Shown here in pieces: positions 8,469-18,422 of a DNA stretch of 40,516 nt; position 1 is the stretch's first letter, and every line of letters starts with the position of its first letter. Source of the stretch: a virus (lineage: Duplodnaviria > Caudoviricetes); IMG/VR virus record IMGVR_UViG_3300039068_000053, positions 1 to 40,516 of that record; one strand, written 5' to 3'. The position numbers were made by a program, and so were the translations under genes. A model generated the notes under the pieces. It was not told the DNA's origin, did no database searches, and saw only the letters and a program-made list of their open reading frames with translations.

Positions 8469-10552
8469 AGATATTTGGAGCTGGAAATACTGATCAAAAA
8501 TCAAATAATTTACTTAGAGACCCTCAGGACTTAAGAGACTCTAAGAACGTAATGATTAATACATCTAACGAATACGTTAAAAGAATGGGTACAATTAACG
8601 ATACAGCTATTCCATACACTGGCTCTGCTGATGTTAGTTACATTAAATCACTTGGTGAGTACTTTTATAGAAATGGGAGCAATTACAAGTCTGTTAAAGG
8701 AGGAGTAAGTAAAAATATCTATAAGTGGGATGACCCCACATTTAATCCATCATCAGAGTTATCTATAGCAGAATACTTAAATACAGCTATTTTTACACAT
8801 ATTGATGGACAAAACTTTACTGCTAAATATGATGGACAATCTATTTATAGGGCAGGTTTGCCTACTCCAGAAGTATCATCAGTAACATCAGGTTCAAACT
8901 ATGTTATATGTTTTTATCAATTTATAGATGCAAAAGGAAATGTAATTTACGGCCCATCTGTAATTAATAAAAATGCCGATCTGGACGGTACATTTGCTAT
9001 TCAGACTTTAAAAGACACTGGGTTCTATGGTGGATATGTTAGAGTTCCTCTTCTGTTGGGTGAGGTCTATACTATATATAAAGATCAGAGAACATTGGTT
9101 TACGAGTCTATATCTGACGATATAGATGTCGGATCAAAGATTACATTTAGAAATAGCTTTCATGCCTCTGGAACAGATCAAGCGACAGTTTCAGTTAATG
9201 GCTCTGCAAACAATTTTTTTGTTCAATATGAAATAGAATCTATAAATAGAGATCCCGCATTTAACGAAATAACATTTACAGCCGAGTCCATTGGTGAAAG
9301 TCTTGTTGTTTTAAACTCTCCTTTGGTTACTGGTGTTTTTAATGTTCAAGGATCACTTAGTGTAAAATGGTTTTTATCTGAAAGTGAAACAACTGGATAT
9401 TATGGTCCAAGCTCAGACTTTTCATACATTACAGTTGATAATTCACTGACAAGTCATACTGTTAATTATGCCGATCCGATAGACAAAGATTTTTTAATGT
9501 CTAGTATATATGACATTACTACCTCAAAACTAAGACCACCAAAATGCAAATACCTTCTTACCTATGGCTATCAGCTTGCATGTGGGAATGTTATTTCATT
9601 TTATGACTTTGAAAATAAAGAGACTAAATACACCAACAATGACCTTGTTATGTATTCTGATTTATCAACTGGTGACTTAGGTGAGAACTTCTCTGAGTCA
9701 AATAGACAGTTGATAGGCGATACATATGACGGACAAATATCTGGCCTACAAAGAGTAAAAGACTCTTTAATAGTTTTTAAAGATAAAATGGCTTTTTCTT
9801 TAGATGGTGTCTTAATTCCAGGACAATACACATTAAGAAAAATAGAAACAAATGAAATTGGATGTACTTCGTTCAAGTCAATACTTAGTGTTGCAAATGA
9901 AGTTATCTTTCAAGGACAAGATGGACTATATGCTATTAATGGGTACAACTGTAAAAAAGTAACAGACTCTTTAGACCCATTCTTCAAAAACATTAATCCA
10001 GCTTTAACAAGATCAGTAATGAACAATGAAGATGATCAATACTTATTCTGGACAAATCTAGGAATGGTTGTCTATGACTATCATTTTGAAAAATGGTTTA
10101 TATGGACTGGTATAAATTGCTCATCAGGAATTACAGTAGACAACGATAGATCAATAAGATTCTTTAGCTCTACATTGGTCAGAAAGTTTCAACAGGCATT
10201 AAATGACTCTGGTGTGGCAATAGATGCCTACATAGATACTGCTTGGTTTGATCTTCAAGAGCCTGGGCTCCTGAAAAAAGCTACAGACATTAGAATTTAC
10301 TCTATGAACAATGCTGGTCAAAAGCTCCAGTTAACTTACTTTCTTGATTGGTCTACTTCTAAGTTTAAAGGGCCATTTGAAGTCAACATGTCTGACTCTA
10401 CTATTAAGACAATACATAAAAATCTAGACATTATTCAGAATCAAAGTTTTTCTTTTAGATTTAGAAATAATGCAATAAACCAAGACTTAAACATTAGCGG
10501 ATATGAGGTTGCTGCCACTGTAATCCAAATGAAGGATAAAAATGTCAAGTAA
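8459..10552 (+). CDS. Putative tail nozzle / tubular protein B (P22 gp10-like stabilization protein)
   Basis: 697 aa beta-propeller-like sequence: N-terminal NV..YVKRMG, VMYSD, GQISGL..SLIVFK, IGCTS and VYDY motifs. Confidence 0.75.
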   Translation: MGLKIFGAGNTDQKSNNLLRDPQDLRDSKNVMINTSNEYVKRMGTINDTAIPYTGSADVSYIKSLGEYFYRNGSNYKSVKGGVSKNIYKWDDPTFNPSSELSIAEYLNTAIFTHIDGQNFTAKYDGQSIYRAGLPTPEVSSVTSGSNYVICFYQFIDAKGNVIYGPSVINKNADLDGTFAIQTLKDTGFYGGYVRVPLLLGEVYTIYKDQRTLVYESISDDIDVGSKITFRNSFHASGTDQATVSVNGSANNFFVQYEIESINRDPAFNEITFTAESIGESLVVLNSPLVTGVFNVQGSLSVKWFLSESETTGYYGPSSDFSYITVDNSLTSHTVNYADPIDKDFLMSSIYDITTSKLRPPKCKYLLTYGYQLACGNVISFYDFENKETKYTNNDLVMYSDLSTGDLGENFSESNRQLIGDTYDGQISGLQRVKDSLIVFKDKMAFSLDGVLIPGQYTLRKIETNEIGCTSFKSILSVANEVIFQGQDGLYAINGYNCKKVTDSLDPFFKNINPALTRSVMNNEDDQYLFWTNLGMVVYDYHFEKWFIWTGINCSSGITVDNDRSIRFFSSTLVRKFQQALNDSGVAIDAYIDTAWFDLQEPGLLKKATDIRIYSMNNAGQKLQLTYFLDWSTSKFKGPFEVNMSDSTIKTIHKNLDIIQNQSFSFRFRNNAINQDLNISGYEVAATVIQMKDKNVK

Positions 10553-10955
10553 CCCGTTACTTAAAGTAAAAGTCCCATATGCGGACAATGCAGAAGACTT
10601 AGTTGAAAAGTTTAACTATATGGTTAAAACAATTAACAGCTCTTTTGTAGATAGCTCTCAAGCGTCCGAATCAGGTCAATTAACTGGCATTTTAAACTTA
10701 GATGGTATTCAACTAAGCCAATCTTGGTCAGGTCCAGCTGCTTTTGTGGCTTCATATACATTAAATCATAATTTAGGGTCAATTCCTTCTGGTTGGTTGT
10801 TAATAGACAGCACTGCTTCTGGTATTTCTACTGGTGGTTCTTATAGTATTTACAGGAGTTCATGGACAACAACACAAATTACTATTACAATTAGTGTTGA
10901 TACAAATACAATTGCAAGTTCAGCGGGTTCGTTTAAAATCTTAGTCTTGAGGTAG
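10542..10955 (+). CDS. Small tail-associated protein
   Basis: TLNHNLGSIPSGW motif common in small phage tail domains; position after the nozzle. Confidence 0.5.
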   Translation: MSSNPLLKVKVPYADNAEDLVEKFNYMVKTINSSFVDSSQASESGQLTGILNLDGIQLSQSWSGPAAFVASYTLNHNLGSIPSGWLLIDSTASGISTGGSYSIYRSSWTTTQITITISVDTNTIASSAGSFKILVLR

Positions 10956-10959
10956 GTTT

Positions 10960-11544
10960 ATGAGTTTTTTTAAAGATCTTGGTAGAGGCACTCTAGCCGT
11001 TGGTACTCTGGGATTATCAGAGTTAGCTAGAAGCAATAATGAAAAAAACGATGCTGAAAATTCAGCGGCAAATGCTCAAATGGATTTATACAATAACAAT
11101 CTTTCTGCACAAGCAAAAGCTGATGCCTCTAAAAAGAAAACTGATTATTACGGAAATACTCTGGCCGGACTTGGTGGGGAAACTGAAAATTACGTTGGTC
11201 GCCTCAAAGGTAACCTAGATAAGAACGTAGCTAGAGCTGATATTTACAATCAGCAAGCAGGGCAGCAAAGAGCCCTAGATAATGCTCGAGCAGGACTTGG
11301 TGGTGTTGATACATCAGCAATGAATGAGCAAGGTCGTCGTAATGCTTCTTTTGGTGCAGCTGCAGTTAACGAAGATGCAAAAAGACAAGCATTAGACATG
11401 TATGGGTCTTCAATTTCAAATAGAATCGAAGGGGCCAACAAGATTGATAATTCTGAAATGGCACTTGCCATTGCTCAGATGAAGCAACCAGAAACAAATT
11501 ATAAACCAGGGCTTTTAGGGTCTATTTTTAGTGGGTTTGTCTAA
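10960..11544 (+). CDS. Putative internal virion (ejection) protein
   Basis: A/G/N/Q-rich helical sequence with hydrophobic Gly-rich termini; position after the tail genes. Confidence 0.6.
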   Translation: MSFFKDLGRGTLAVGTLGLSELARSNNEKNDAENSAANAQMDLYNNNLSAQAKADASKKKTDYYGNTLAGLGGETENYVGRLKGNLDKNVARADIYNQQAGQQRALDNARAGLGGVDTSAMNEQGRRNASFGAAAVNEDAKRQALDMYGSSISNRIEGANKIDNSEMALAIAQMKQPETNYKPGLLGSIFSGFV

Positions 11545-11918
11545 TGAACAAAGAAGATAAAGCATATATGAAATTGATGATAAAAAGTGCCAAGGATACA
11601 AACAAAGCACAAACTGATTATATTAATTGGCTTGCAAAAAATGGAGCTTCGTATTCTCAAGCTGAAAGTTTAAATAGTGTTGGTCCCAATCTTTTGCCTG
11701 GTCCAATGTTTAAACCGGTATTTGAGGAGCTTCAAAAACTACCTCTTAAAGATCAGTTAGAACTACAAGCACAACCTAAAGTAAATCCAGATGAATGGGG
11801 TACTTTAAATGGGGGTATGCTCGAGTCTGATTATAGAGATGGAGTACCTGGTGCTCAAAAATTTATTAATGAGCCAAAAAATATTCAAGAATTATTATAC
11901 CCGACAAGGAAATCATAA
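11544..11918 (+). CDS. Hypothetical protein in the ejection-protein cluster
   Basis: TAATG-coupled 124-aa ORF. Confidence 0.6.
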   Translation: MNKEDKAYMKLMIKSAKDTNKAQTDYINWLAKNGASYSQAESLNSVGPNLLPGPMFKPVFEELQKLPLKDQLELQAQPKVNPDEWGTLNGGMLESDYRDGVPGAQKFINEPKNIQELLYPTRKS

Positions 11919-11919
11919 A

Positions 11920-13176
11920 ATGATGCCAGATAGATATGATGAAATTAAAAAGAGACTGGCCGTAGGTCAGATTAAACCTGAGTTTCAATTTGACGGGCAA
12001 AATTTGCCTATCACTGATTATCCTGAAGAGCAACTAGAAGAGCCAACTAGAGAGCTTGCAGAGACATCTGAGGCTAAAGAAGAGTATCAGGGCATGGATG
12101 GTCAATCAGCTATGTATCTTGGAGATGCTGTAGCATCTGCAGGTCCTGCACTATTATCACTTCTTGGTGGTGGTTCAGCTGCTGTAGTTAGTGGATTATT
12201 TGATAAGGGTAATAAGTATGCACAATCTCGTGGTGCTCAAGAAGAAATTACAAAAGCCAATACATCAGTAATTGATGTTGACGGCCAGCCAGTTAATATT
12301 AGATCAAGAGATGCCATTGGAAAGAAGCCATACTATCAAAGTAAGCTTGGTGGAAAAGCATTTGCCGATCCTTCTAGTATTCAAAAAACAGAAAGAGTTT
12401 ATGATAGAGCTACTGATAGTTTTAAGATAATGGGAATAACAAGAGGTGGTCAAGTTGTAGATTTAGGATTAGAGCCTAGTATGGGTGTTGGTTCAGCCAG
12501 TGGAACTGACGTTTTGGGTTCAAAAAGTACTGTACAATATAATAAGAATGATCCAAGCAAAAAAACCCCAATCAAAACAACTCCTGGTTATGGAACACTA
12601 ACTGGAACTCCAGTTCAAACTCAAAAAGATGTCAACAAACTTGCTGATAAGTATGCAAAAGATACTGACATTTTAGAAACTAAAAAAAACGAGCTTAATA
12701 ACGCCGTATCTATATTCAGCAATCCTAAAGCTACTCCCACTGAACTAACAGCTGCCAGAGAAGCTTTAATTAGATCAGTAACTGCAGAGACAAGATTAAC
12801 AGATAATGATGTTGAAAGAGCTTTAGGTAATGACTTTAGAACTTTATTAGCTCAAATTGGTTCTTCACTTAGTAATAAGGGCTTTGGAGAAATGTCGGAT
12901 GCCCAAAAAGCAGATTTTTTAACTGCTGCAAAAACTTTATCTAATAGACTAGAAAATGGTCTAAACTTTGCTTATAATAAATCAAAACAAAGAGCATCTG
13001 CATTGCCTGGTGGAAAAGAAGCATTTGAAGCCCAAACACCAGAAAGAACAAAATCAGCAAAAACTGCAGAAGCAGAACTGATTAAAGTTCAAATGCAAGC
13101 AGAAAAGAAATATGGTAAAGGAACGCCAGCTTTTGAACAATTTATGCAATTTTATAAAAGTAAAAAGGGAATCTAA
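11920..13176 (+). CDS. Putative internal virion (ejection) protein
   Basis: Start revised to ATG 11920 (AAGGA SD). Hydrophobic ALLSLLGGGSAAVV segment and helical C-terminus with RLTDNDVERA. Confidence 0.6.
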   Translation: MMPDRYDEIKKRLAVGQIKPEFQFDGQNLPITDYPEEQLEEPTRELAETSEAKEEYQGMDGQSAMYLGDAVASAGPALLSLLGGGSAAVVSGLFDKGNKYAQSRGAQEEITKANTSVIDVDGQPVNIRSRDAIGKKPYYQSKLGGKAFADPSSIQKTERVYDRATDSFKIMGITRGGQVVDLGLEPSMGVGSASGTDVLGSKSTVQYNKNDPSKKTPIKTTPGYGTLTGTPVQTQKDVNKLADKYAKDTDILETKKNELNNAVSIFSNPKATPTELTAAREALIRSVTAETRLTDNDVERALGNDFRTLLAQIGSSLSNKGFGEMSDAQKADFLTAAKTLSNRLENGLNFAYNKSKQRASALPGGKEAFEAQTPERTKSAKTAEAELIKVQMQAEKKYGKGTPAFEQFMQFYKSKKGI

Positions 13177-15065
13177 TGGATAACATTCAAGATTTATTTA
13201 AAGAGTTTGAAGAAACAGAAGACCTTTTTGCTGAGTTTGATAGACAGAAACAAGAGGCAAATAAAAAAACTGTATCGGATGCAATTTACCCTGAAACATT
13301 TGAAGGTAAATATCTTCAGCCATTGTATGACATTGCTGCTCCAGTGGCAAAAAGTCTTTCTGTTTTAGAAAAGCCTTTATCTACATCTATGGCCGTAGGT
13401 AAGACTATAGGAAGAGGAATCAATGAGCTATCAGGTACCACTGAAGATGGTGCTGCAAGTATCCTTGAGCCATTAAAACAAGAAGCATTAGCAGGAATTT
13501 ATCCAGCACCAGAAAACTCTATATCATCTGGATTAAGAGACCTAGAAATAGGAACAGAGCCCATAATTGGCGATGTTTTACCAGAAGGAATTAAGGCTCA
13601 GTTTCCAAAGGCTTCAGCAGTTATTTCAAGCGTAGCACCAGTAGATGTGGCAGATATGGCAGTTTCTGGAGCATATGGTTCTAAGCTTCCATCAATGGCC
13701 GGAGGTCAGCTTGATGATATGAAAGTTGCAGATAAGCAAATTGCTAAAAATGCTCTTATTAGGGGATCACAAAAAGATGTTAAGTTTGTTGGTGAATTAG
13801 AAAAGCACGGAAAAATTAATACATTAGCAGATAAAGTAATATCTGATCCTGCAATTAGATCAAGACTAACTAATCCTAAAAAAATGGTTGAATATCTTGA
13901 TGGTTACTCTACAGAAAATACAGATAAAATAACTGGTGCAAGAAATAAGGTAACAATAGTTCCTGGAAAGTTACAGCAAGTTGGGTCTGAGTTAGGTGGA
14001 AAAGTAAAATCTTTATCTAGATCACTTCAAGATAAAAAAATGTTCTTTGATACTAATAACTTTACAGACGATGTTGTTTCAGAAATTATGCAAGATGCAG
14101 ATAAAATAGGCTCTGGTGTTTCTTATGATCCTGCAAAGCTAAAAGCAGAAGTTCAAAAGTTCACAAAGGCAAAAGGAAGAGGAACTACCTTGGAAAGCAT
14201 TGATGCTGGTAGGGTTCCATTTGAAGACTTAGTGGCCATAAAAAGAGGAGCTGCTGATAGAATATTTTCAATGAAGCAAGTTAACTTTGCCGATGTAGAA
14301 AATCCTACATTTGCAGAAGCGGTAGCTCAGAAAGTATGGTCAAAAGCAGACAATGAGATCAATAAAATTGCTGAAGCAATGGACGATTTTGAACTAATAA
14401 AATTAAACAATGAATTTTCTGATTATCAAAAAATCAGAGAATTATATGCCAATAAAAACATTGCCGAAAGATACATACCTAGTCTCTTAGAGGACATTGT
14501 TCCTGCTGCCGCTATTGGCGGTACAGTTGGATTAGCCACAGGAAACCCTTATTTAGGAGCAGTGGCTGCTGGTGGGTATCCAATGGCAAGATCAGGAGCT
14601 GGAACACTGTCTAATAACTTTCCATCAATGGCATTAAACACAAGAATGGGCGTACTAGAGCCTGCATTAAAGGTGGGATCTATGTTAAAACCAAGTGTAG
14701 CAGCTACAGGATTAGCAGCATCTCAGCTTCCAAGAAATACAGATGAAATAATTGCCATGAAAGATCAGTTTTTAGCAAAGATTGCAATGGAGACAAAGAC
14801 TCCACAAGGAAAGCAATTATTTGATGAAGTGGTAAATATCATGGAAAACAACCCACAACAGATTAAATCAGTTCTTCCTATGTTAATGAAAGCATATCCA
14901 AATGCATTTCAAAATGATCCATACAATAGAATTGATGGTGAAATCCTTGATCCTATTTTGAAGCAAAAGGCTATAGAGCAAATAATTCACAATCAGCCAT
15001 CTTCTGTTGAAGGTGCTAAACAAATGCAATTGCTTTTAAATGGAAATAAGTACTATGGTAACTGA
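13176..15065 (+). CDS. Putative large internal virion / DNA transfer protein
   Basis: 629 aa, helical, with Gly/Ala-rich membrane-like segment AAAIGGTVGLATGNPYLGAVAAGG. Confidence 0.6.
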   Translation: MDNIQDLFKEFEETEDLFAEFDRQKQEANKKTVSDAIYPETFEGKYLQPLYDIAAPVAKSLSVLEKPLSTSMAVGKTIGRGINELSGTTEDGAASILEPLKQEALAGIYPAPENSISSGLRDLEIGTEPIIGDVLPEGIKAQFPKASAVISSVAPVDVADMAVSGAYGSKLPSMAGGQLDDMKVADKQIAKNALIRGSQKDVKFVGELEKHGKINTLADKVISDPAIRSRLTNPKKMVEYLDGYSTENTDKITGARNKVTIVPGKLQQVGSELGGKVKSLSRSLQDKKMFFDTNNFTDDVVSEIMQDADKIGSGVSYDPAKLKAEVQKFTKAKGRGTTLESIDAGRVPFEDLVAIKRGAADRIFSMKQVNFADVENPTFAEAVAQKVWSKADNEINKIAEAMDDFELIKLNNEFSDYQKIRELYANKNIAERYIPSLLEDIVPAAAIGGTVGLATGNPYLGAVAAGGYPMARSGAGTLSNNFPSMALNTRMGVLEPALKVGSMLKPSVAATGLAASQLPRNTDEIIAMKDQFLAKIAMETKTPQGKQLFDEVVNIMENNPQQIKSVLPMLMKAYPNAFQNDPYNRIDGEILDPILKQKAIEQIIHNQPSSVEGAKQMQLLLNGNKYYGN

Positions 15066-15237
15066 AATTGCTGAATTTGTTGCCGCCAATAAATTGCCTA
15101 TAGCATATAAGCAAAAAGATGGTATAATCACAGTAACGCCTAAGGGTTTAGATATATCAGAAATTGACGAAATTTGCATAAAGTTTGGTGGAAAGCTGAT
15201 TAATGGTGAGATTATAATTCATGAAGAAGGAAGATAG
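15040..15237 (+). CDS. Hypothetical protein (start possibly ATG 15055)
   Basis: ORF bridging the ejection genes and the lysis cluster, overlapping both neighbours. Confidence 0.5.
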   Translation: MEISTMVTEIAEFVAANKLPIAYKQKDGIITVTPKGLDISEIDEICIKFGGKLINGEIIIHEEGR

Positions 15238-15418
15238 GAGCATTATAATTGAATTGATAGCTGAGCATGAAATGAAAGTTTTCTATGCCACTATTGGATT
15301 CTTTGTATGGATAGTTCTTGCAATATTTGCACTTCGTGAAGCACAGGCAGTTCAACAATCTAAGTTAGACGCAATTAAAGAGACAGTCGACAAAATATAT
15401 GTCGAAGTAAAAAAATAG
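15221..15418 (+). CDS. Small membrane protein (holin/antiholin-like)
   Basis: One TM segment (VFYATIGFFVWIVLAIFAL) followed by a coiled coil. Confidence 0.5.
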   Translation: MKKEDRSIIIELIAEHEMKVFYATIGFFVWIVLAIFALREAQAVQQSKLDAIKETVDKIYVEVKK

Positions 15419-15430
15419 TCAGGAGGACTT

Positions 15431-15640
15431 ATGGACGCGAAACTTATCGGAAAAGATTTATTAGCATGTATCGATCTTGAAAAGGCTTCTGATATTGTTA
15501 TTGATGCAGTTGTTGCAGAAATTAACAAAATCGCAGCTGATTCTTCAAACAAGTTTGATGATGCGGCAGCAGGCTTATTGCTACCAATTTTAGTTCCACA
15601 ACTAAAAGAATTAGCAAAAAAGAAAATCGCTGAAATCTAA
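15431..15640 (+). CDS. Small protein in the lysis cluster
   Basis: Strong SD AGGAGG; amphipathic, containing SSNKFDDAA. Confidence 0.6.
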   Translation: MDAKLIGKDLLACIDLEKASDIVIDAVVAEINKIAADSSNKFDDAAAGLLLPILVPQLKELAKKKIAEI

Positions 15641-15762
15641 TGATCCAGAAAATAATCGGGTCAGTAGCCTTGTGGATACTATTTAAAATAGTTGTACCCA
15701 TTGCAGGTTGGTGGCTCGATTATTATCGTCTAAAGAGAAAAGAAAAAGATGAAACACAGTGA
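15640..15762 (+). CDS. 40-aa membrane peptide, holin-like (not in ORF track)
   Basis: MIQKIIGSVALWILFKIVVPIAGWWLDYYRLKRKEKDETQ; TAATG coupling; TM segment plus basic tail. Confidence 0.6.
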   Translation: MIQKIIGSVALWILFKIVVPIAGWWLDYYRLKRKEKDETQ

Positions 15763-16096
15763 GAATGTTGAGCTAGTAAAGCAAGCTGGAATCATTATGA
15801 TAAAAGAAGCTTTGATGGGAATATTTATCAAGTGGCTTCCATTCTTGATCTCTGGTCCGTTTAATTTTGTGGCCGTAAAATTAGCAACAAAACTAGCAGA
15901 AGAATTAGCAGAGAGAGGTGAATTAATGCTATTCTTTAGACATATAGATTACAGAACTAATGAGCAAGGTAAAGATTTTGTATCAGCAATGATTAAAAAT
16001 CATAAAGCTCAACTCACAGGAAGTGAAGATGAAAAGAAACAAGCAGAGTCTGAGCTTATTATTGCTACTAACACTTTTGTACACCTCATGCGCTAA
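15749..16096 (+). CDS. Putative i-spanin-like membrane protein
   Basis: N-proximal hydrophobic stretch and helical C-terminus; 3' end overlaps a lipoprotein gene, as in Rz/Rz1. Confidence 0.4.
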   Translation: MKHSENVELVKQAGIIMIKEALMGIFIKWLPFLISGPFNFVAVKLATKLAEELAERGELMLFFRHIDYRTNEQGKDFVSAMIKNHKAQLTGSEDEKKQAESELIIATNTFVHLMR

Positions 16097-16337
16097 TGTT
16101 CCTGATGTTTATGTCTGCGCTGAAATAAGCATGTCAAAGGGAATTTGCACCAAAACAGTATCTGGTACTAATGTCATAGTAGATGACGATCATCCATTAG
16201 AGGGTCAGACCTGGTTTGACATGAGAATAAGAACACTGTCTATGCCTGCAGAATCTTGGGCAAAAATCAAAGCTTATATGATAAAAATGTGCAAGCAGCA
16301 TAAATGCAACGTAGATATATCTACTTGGGATAGATAA
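16029..16337 (+). CDS. Lipoprotein, putative o-spanin
   Basis: MKRNKQSLSLLLLLTLLYTS-C lipobox-like signal, four further Cys, and out-of-frame overlap with the upstream gene. Confidence 0.55.
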   Translation: MKRNKQSLSLLLLLTLLYTSCANVPDVYVCAEISMSKGICTKTVSGTNVIVDDDHPLEGQTWFDMRIRTLSMPAESWAKIKAYMIKMCKQHKCNVDISTWDR

Positions 16338-16342
16338 AAAAT

Positions 16343-16371
16343 TTGCACAAAATCGATATTTAATCCATAAT
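16343..16371 (+). promoter_or_regulatory. Putative sigma70 promoter of the phosphoesterase moron
   Basis: TTGCAC-N17-CATAAT. Confidence 0.45.
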
Positions 16372-16388
16372 ATACATATAAGAATTTA

Positions 16389-17117
16389 TTGCCTACTTTT
16401 TACATGGATGTAAAGTTGAGTGACAATAGCTGTATTTTGGTAATTTCGGACAGTCAGGCTCCTCATCACCATCCTGATACTATTTCTTTTTATAAGGAAG
16501 TTAAAAAACAATTTAAACCTACTCGGGTAATCCACATTGGAGACCTTGGTGATTTTGAAGGAATTAATTTTCATGGAAAGAACCCCAATCTCCCGTCTGC
16601 TCATGATGAACTTCAACATTTAAGATCATTTGTTAAAGAATTAGCAAAAGTTTTTCCTGAAATGGAAATTGTAGACTCTAATCATGATGCTCTCCCCTTG
16701 AGAAAAGCCAGGTCAGTTGGCATTCCAGACGATATGATAAAAAATATTGGTGCAATTATGGAAGCCCCTTCTACTTGGATTTTTGTCAAGCAAATTGTAA
16801 CAAGATTACCTAATGGGATTATTTGTAAGTTTAAACATAATTTTGGATCTAATTTATTAGCTGACTCTATGAAACAGGGTATGTCTCTTGTTTGTGGCCA
16901 TTTTCACACTAAATCATTTGTACAGTGGTGGCAAAATGACCTAGGAATGCTTTTTGCTATGCAAGTAGGATGCACAATAGACGTGGATTCTGCCGCCTTT
17001 AATTATGATAAAGACAACGCTCTAAGACCTGTAATATCAGCTGGAATTATTAAGGGAGGTGTACCAATGATAATTCCAATGTACATCAAAAAGAAAAAAT
17101 GGAAAGGATACATATAA
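16389..17117 (+). CDS. Calcineurin-like metallophosphoesterase
   Basis: Motifs ISDSQAPH, HIGDLGD, SNHD, KH and GHFH in canonical order; start may be ATG 16404. Confidence 0.85.
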   Translation: MPTFYMDVKLSDNSCILVISDSQAPHHHPDTISFYKEVKKQFKPTRVIHIGDLGDFEGINFHGKNPNLPSAHDELQHLRSFVKELAKVFPEMEIVDSNHDALPLRKARSVGIPDDMIKNIGAIMEAPSTWIFVKQIVTRLPNGIICKFKHNFGSNLLADSMKQGMSLVCGHFHTKSFVQWWQNDLGMLFAMQVGCTIDVDSAAFNYDKDNALRPVISAGIIKGGVPMIIPMYIKKKKWKGYI

Positions 17118-17396
17118 ATGAAGATCCCGAAAAAGATAAATGTATTTGGCACCATTTATAAGATAAAATTTGTAGACTCAGGTGGAATGTTTGCAGGTCT
17201 TTGTGACATGCAAAAAAAAACAATATTCTTAGATATTCATCAATCAAAAGAACAAATGATAGGTACATATATACATGAAGTAATTCATGCTATGCAATTT
17301 TCCCTTGCTTTTAACCAAGCAATTAGTCGAGAGATGATGGAAATGATGGCAGAAAATACCGCTGTATTAGTTATGCAGATGATGAAGGTGAAATGA
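17118..17396 (+). CDS. Small HExxH metallopeptidase-like protein (IrrE/ImmA-like fold)
   Basis: AGLCD..KKTIFL...TYIHEVIHA with a downstream Glu. Confidence 0.75.
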   Translation: MKIPKKINVFGTIYKIKFVDSGGMFAGLCDMQKKTIFLDIHQSKEQMIGTYIHEVIHAMQFSLAFNQAISREMMEMMAENTAVLVMQMMKVK

Positions 17397-17566
17397 AGTA
17401 TATTTTATATGTACTTATTTTATGTGCAACATCAGCCTTACTTGAGACATATATCTGCGACTACAAAGAAGATATTTACAGTTGTGAATTGATCAGTGAT
17501 CCATCTGAAAAAGAAGTCATCCAACCTATCGAAGATGATTATCTATTTGATCCAGAGTCTCCATAA
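17393..17566 (+). CDS. 57-aa putative exported acidic peptide (not in ORF track)
   Basis: MKYILYVLILCATSALLETYICDYKEDIYSCELISDPSEKEVIQPIEDDYLFDPESP; ATGA overlap; hydrophobic N-terminus. Confidence 0.55.
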   Translation: MKYILYVLILCATSALLETYICDYKEDIYSCELISDPSEKEVIQPIEDDYLFDPESP

Positions 17567-18265
17567 CTCATTCAGTACAAACATAGCAGCATCTTGGTCC
17601 TTTGGGACTTTACAGTTTATATACACGTCACCCTCTGGATTGATCGTAAGATAATCAGCGGCCATATACTTTTGCCTCTTCTGGTGATAGGTCATGTTGT
17701 TAACTGTAGGAATAAGCTTAGGCATCATCGATGAAAGCTTATCATAAACTTGAATTGTAGCTAATATATCACAAAGAGCAGTGTGTGCATTTGCAAGCTG
17801 AATATCAAAGAAGCTACAAATATCACCGAGCTTATTTGACTTGGGTTTAATCTTTTTATTTTTAAATACCTCCTTAGCCATTGAAAGCGTGTCAATTGAG
17901 TTAGCATCAAAGCGAACAACATAGCTTGAATAATTAGCAGTCCTGCAGAACAACCTAAAAAAATGATTAATGTCGAATTTAACATTTTGCCCTCCAAGGC
18001 TAAATACAGTCTCAAACTGATCCACGTACTCTATAACTTGCTTAACAACCTCCTCAGCGGTCGGGAAGGTAGGGAATAACTTAGGATCAATCCCATTTAT
18101 TCTCATCGCCTCAGGGTCTATAAACGCTTCTGGGTGAGGTCTGATGTATGTCACAAAGGGCTCTTTCTGCTCACCGTTGATAACTGGAACTAGCGCGAGT
18201 TCTATTATTGCTGCCTTGTCTCCCAGTGCGGTCGTTTCTGTGTCGATCCAAAGTATACTAGACAT
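17543..18265 (-). CDS. DEDDh 3'-5' exonuclease (DnaQ/epsilon-like)
   Basis: ExoI IDTETT, ExoII GQNVKFD, ExoIII AHTALCD; start revised to ATG 18265 (AAGGA SD). Confidence 0.9.
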   Translation of the reverse strand: MSSILWIDTETTALGDKAAIIELALVPVINGEQKEPFVTYIRPHPEAFIDPEAMRINGIDPKLFPTFPTAEEVVKQVIEYVDQFETVFSLGGQNVKFDINHFFRLFCRTANYSSYVVRFDANSIDTLSMAKEVFKNKKIKPKSNKLGDICSFFDIQLANAHTALCDILATIQVYDKLSSMMPKLIPTVNNMTYHQKRQKYMAADYLTINPEGDVYINCKVPKDQDAAMFVLNELWRLWIK

Positions 18266-18422
18266 ATTTTTCCTTAAAATCTTCAATCATTTTATCAAGT
18301 TCATTGACTCGGTTATCATTGGTAGCCAAGATGAATTTTATTTCCTCTAAGATTTTTATCAAATCTTTATCTTTAAAACCACCAACCATCTGACCATCTA
18401 AAATATAATCATCTGCACTCAT
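18258..18422 (-). CDS. 54-aa hypothetical protein (not in ORF track)
   Basis: MSADDYILDGQMVGGFKDKDLIKILEE...; ATGA overlap with the nuclease stop; fills the operon gap. Confidence 0.6.
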   Translation of the reverse strand: MSADDYILDGQMVGGFKDKDLIKILEEIKFILATNDNRVNELDKMIEDFKEKYV

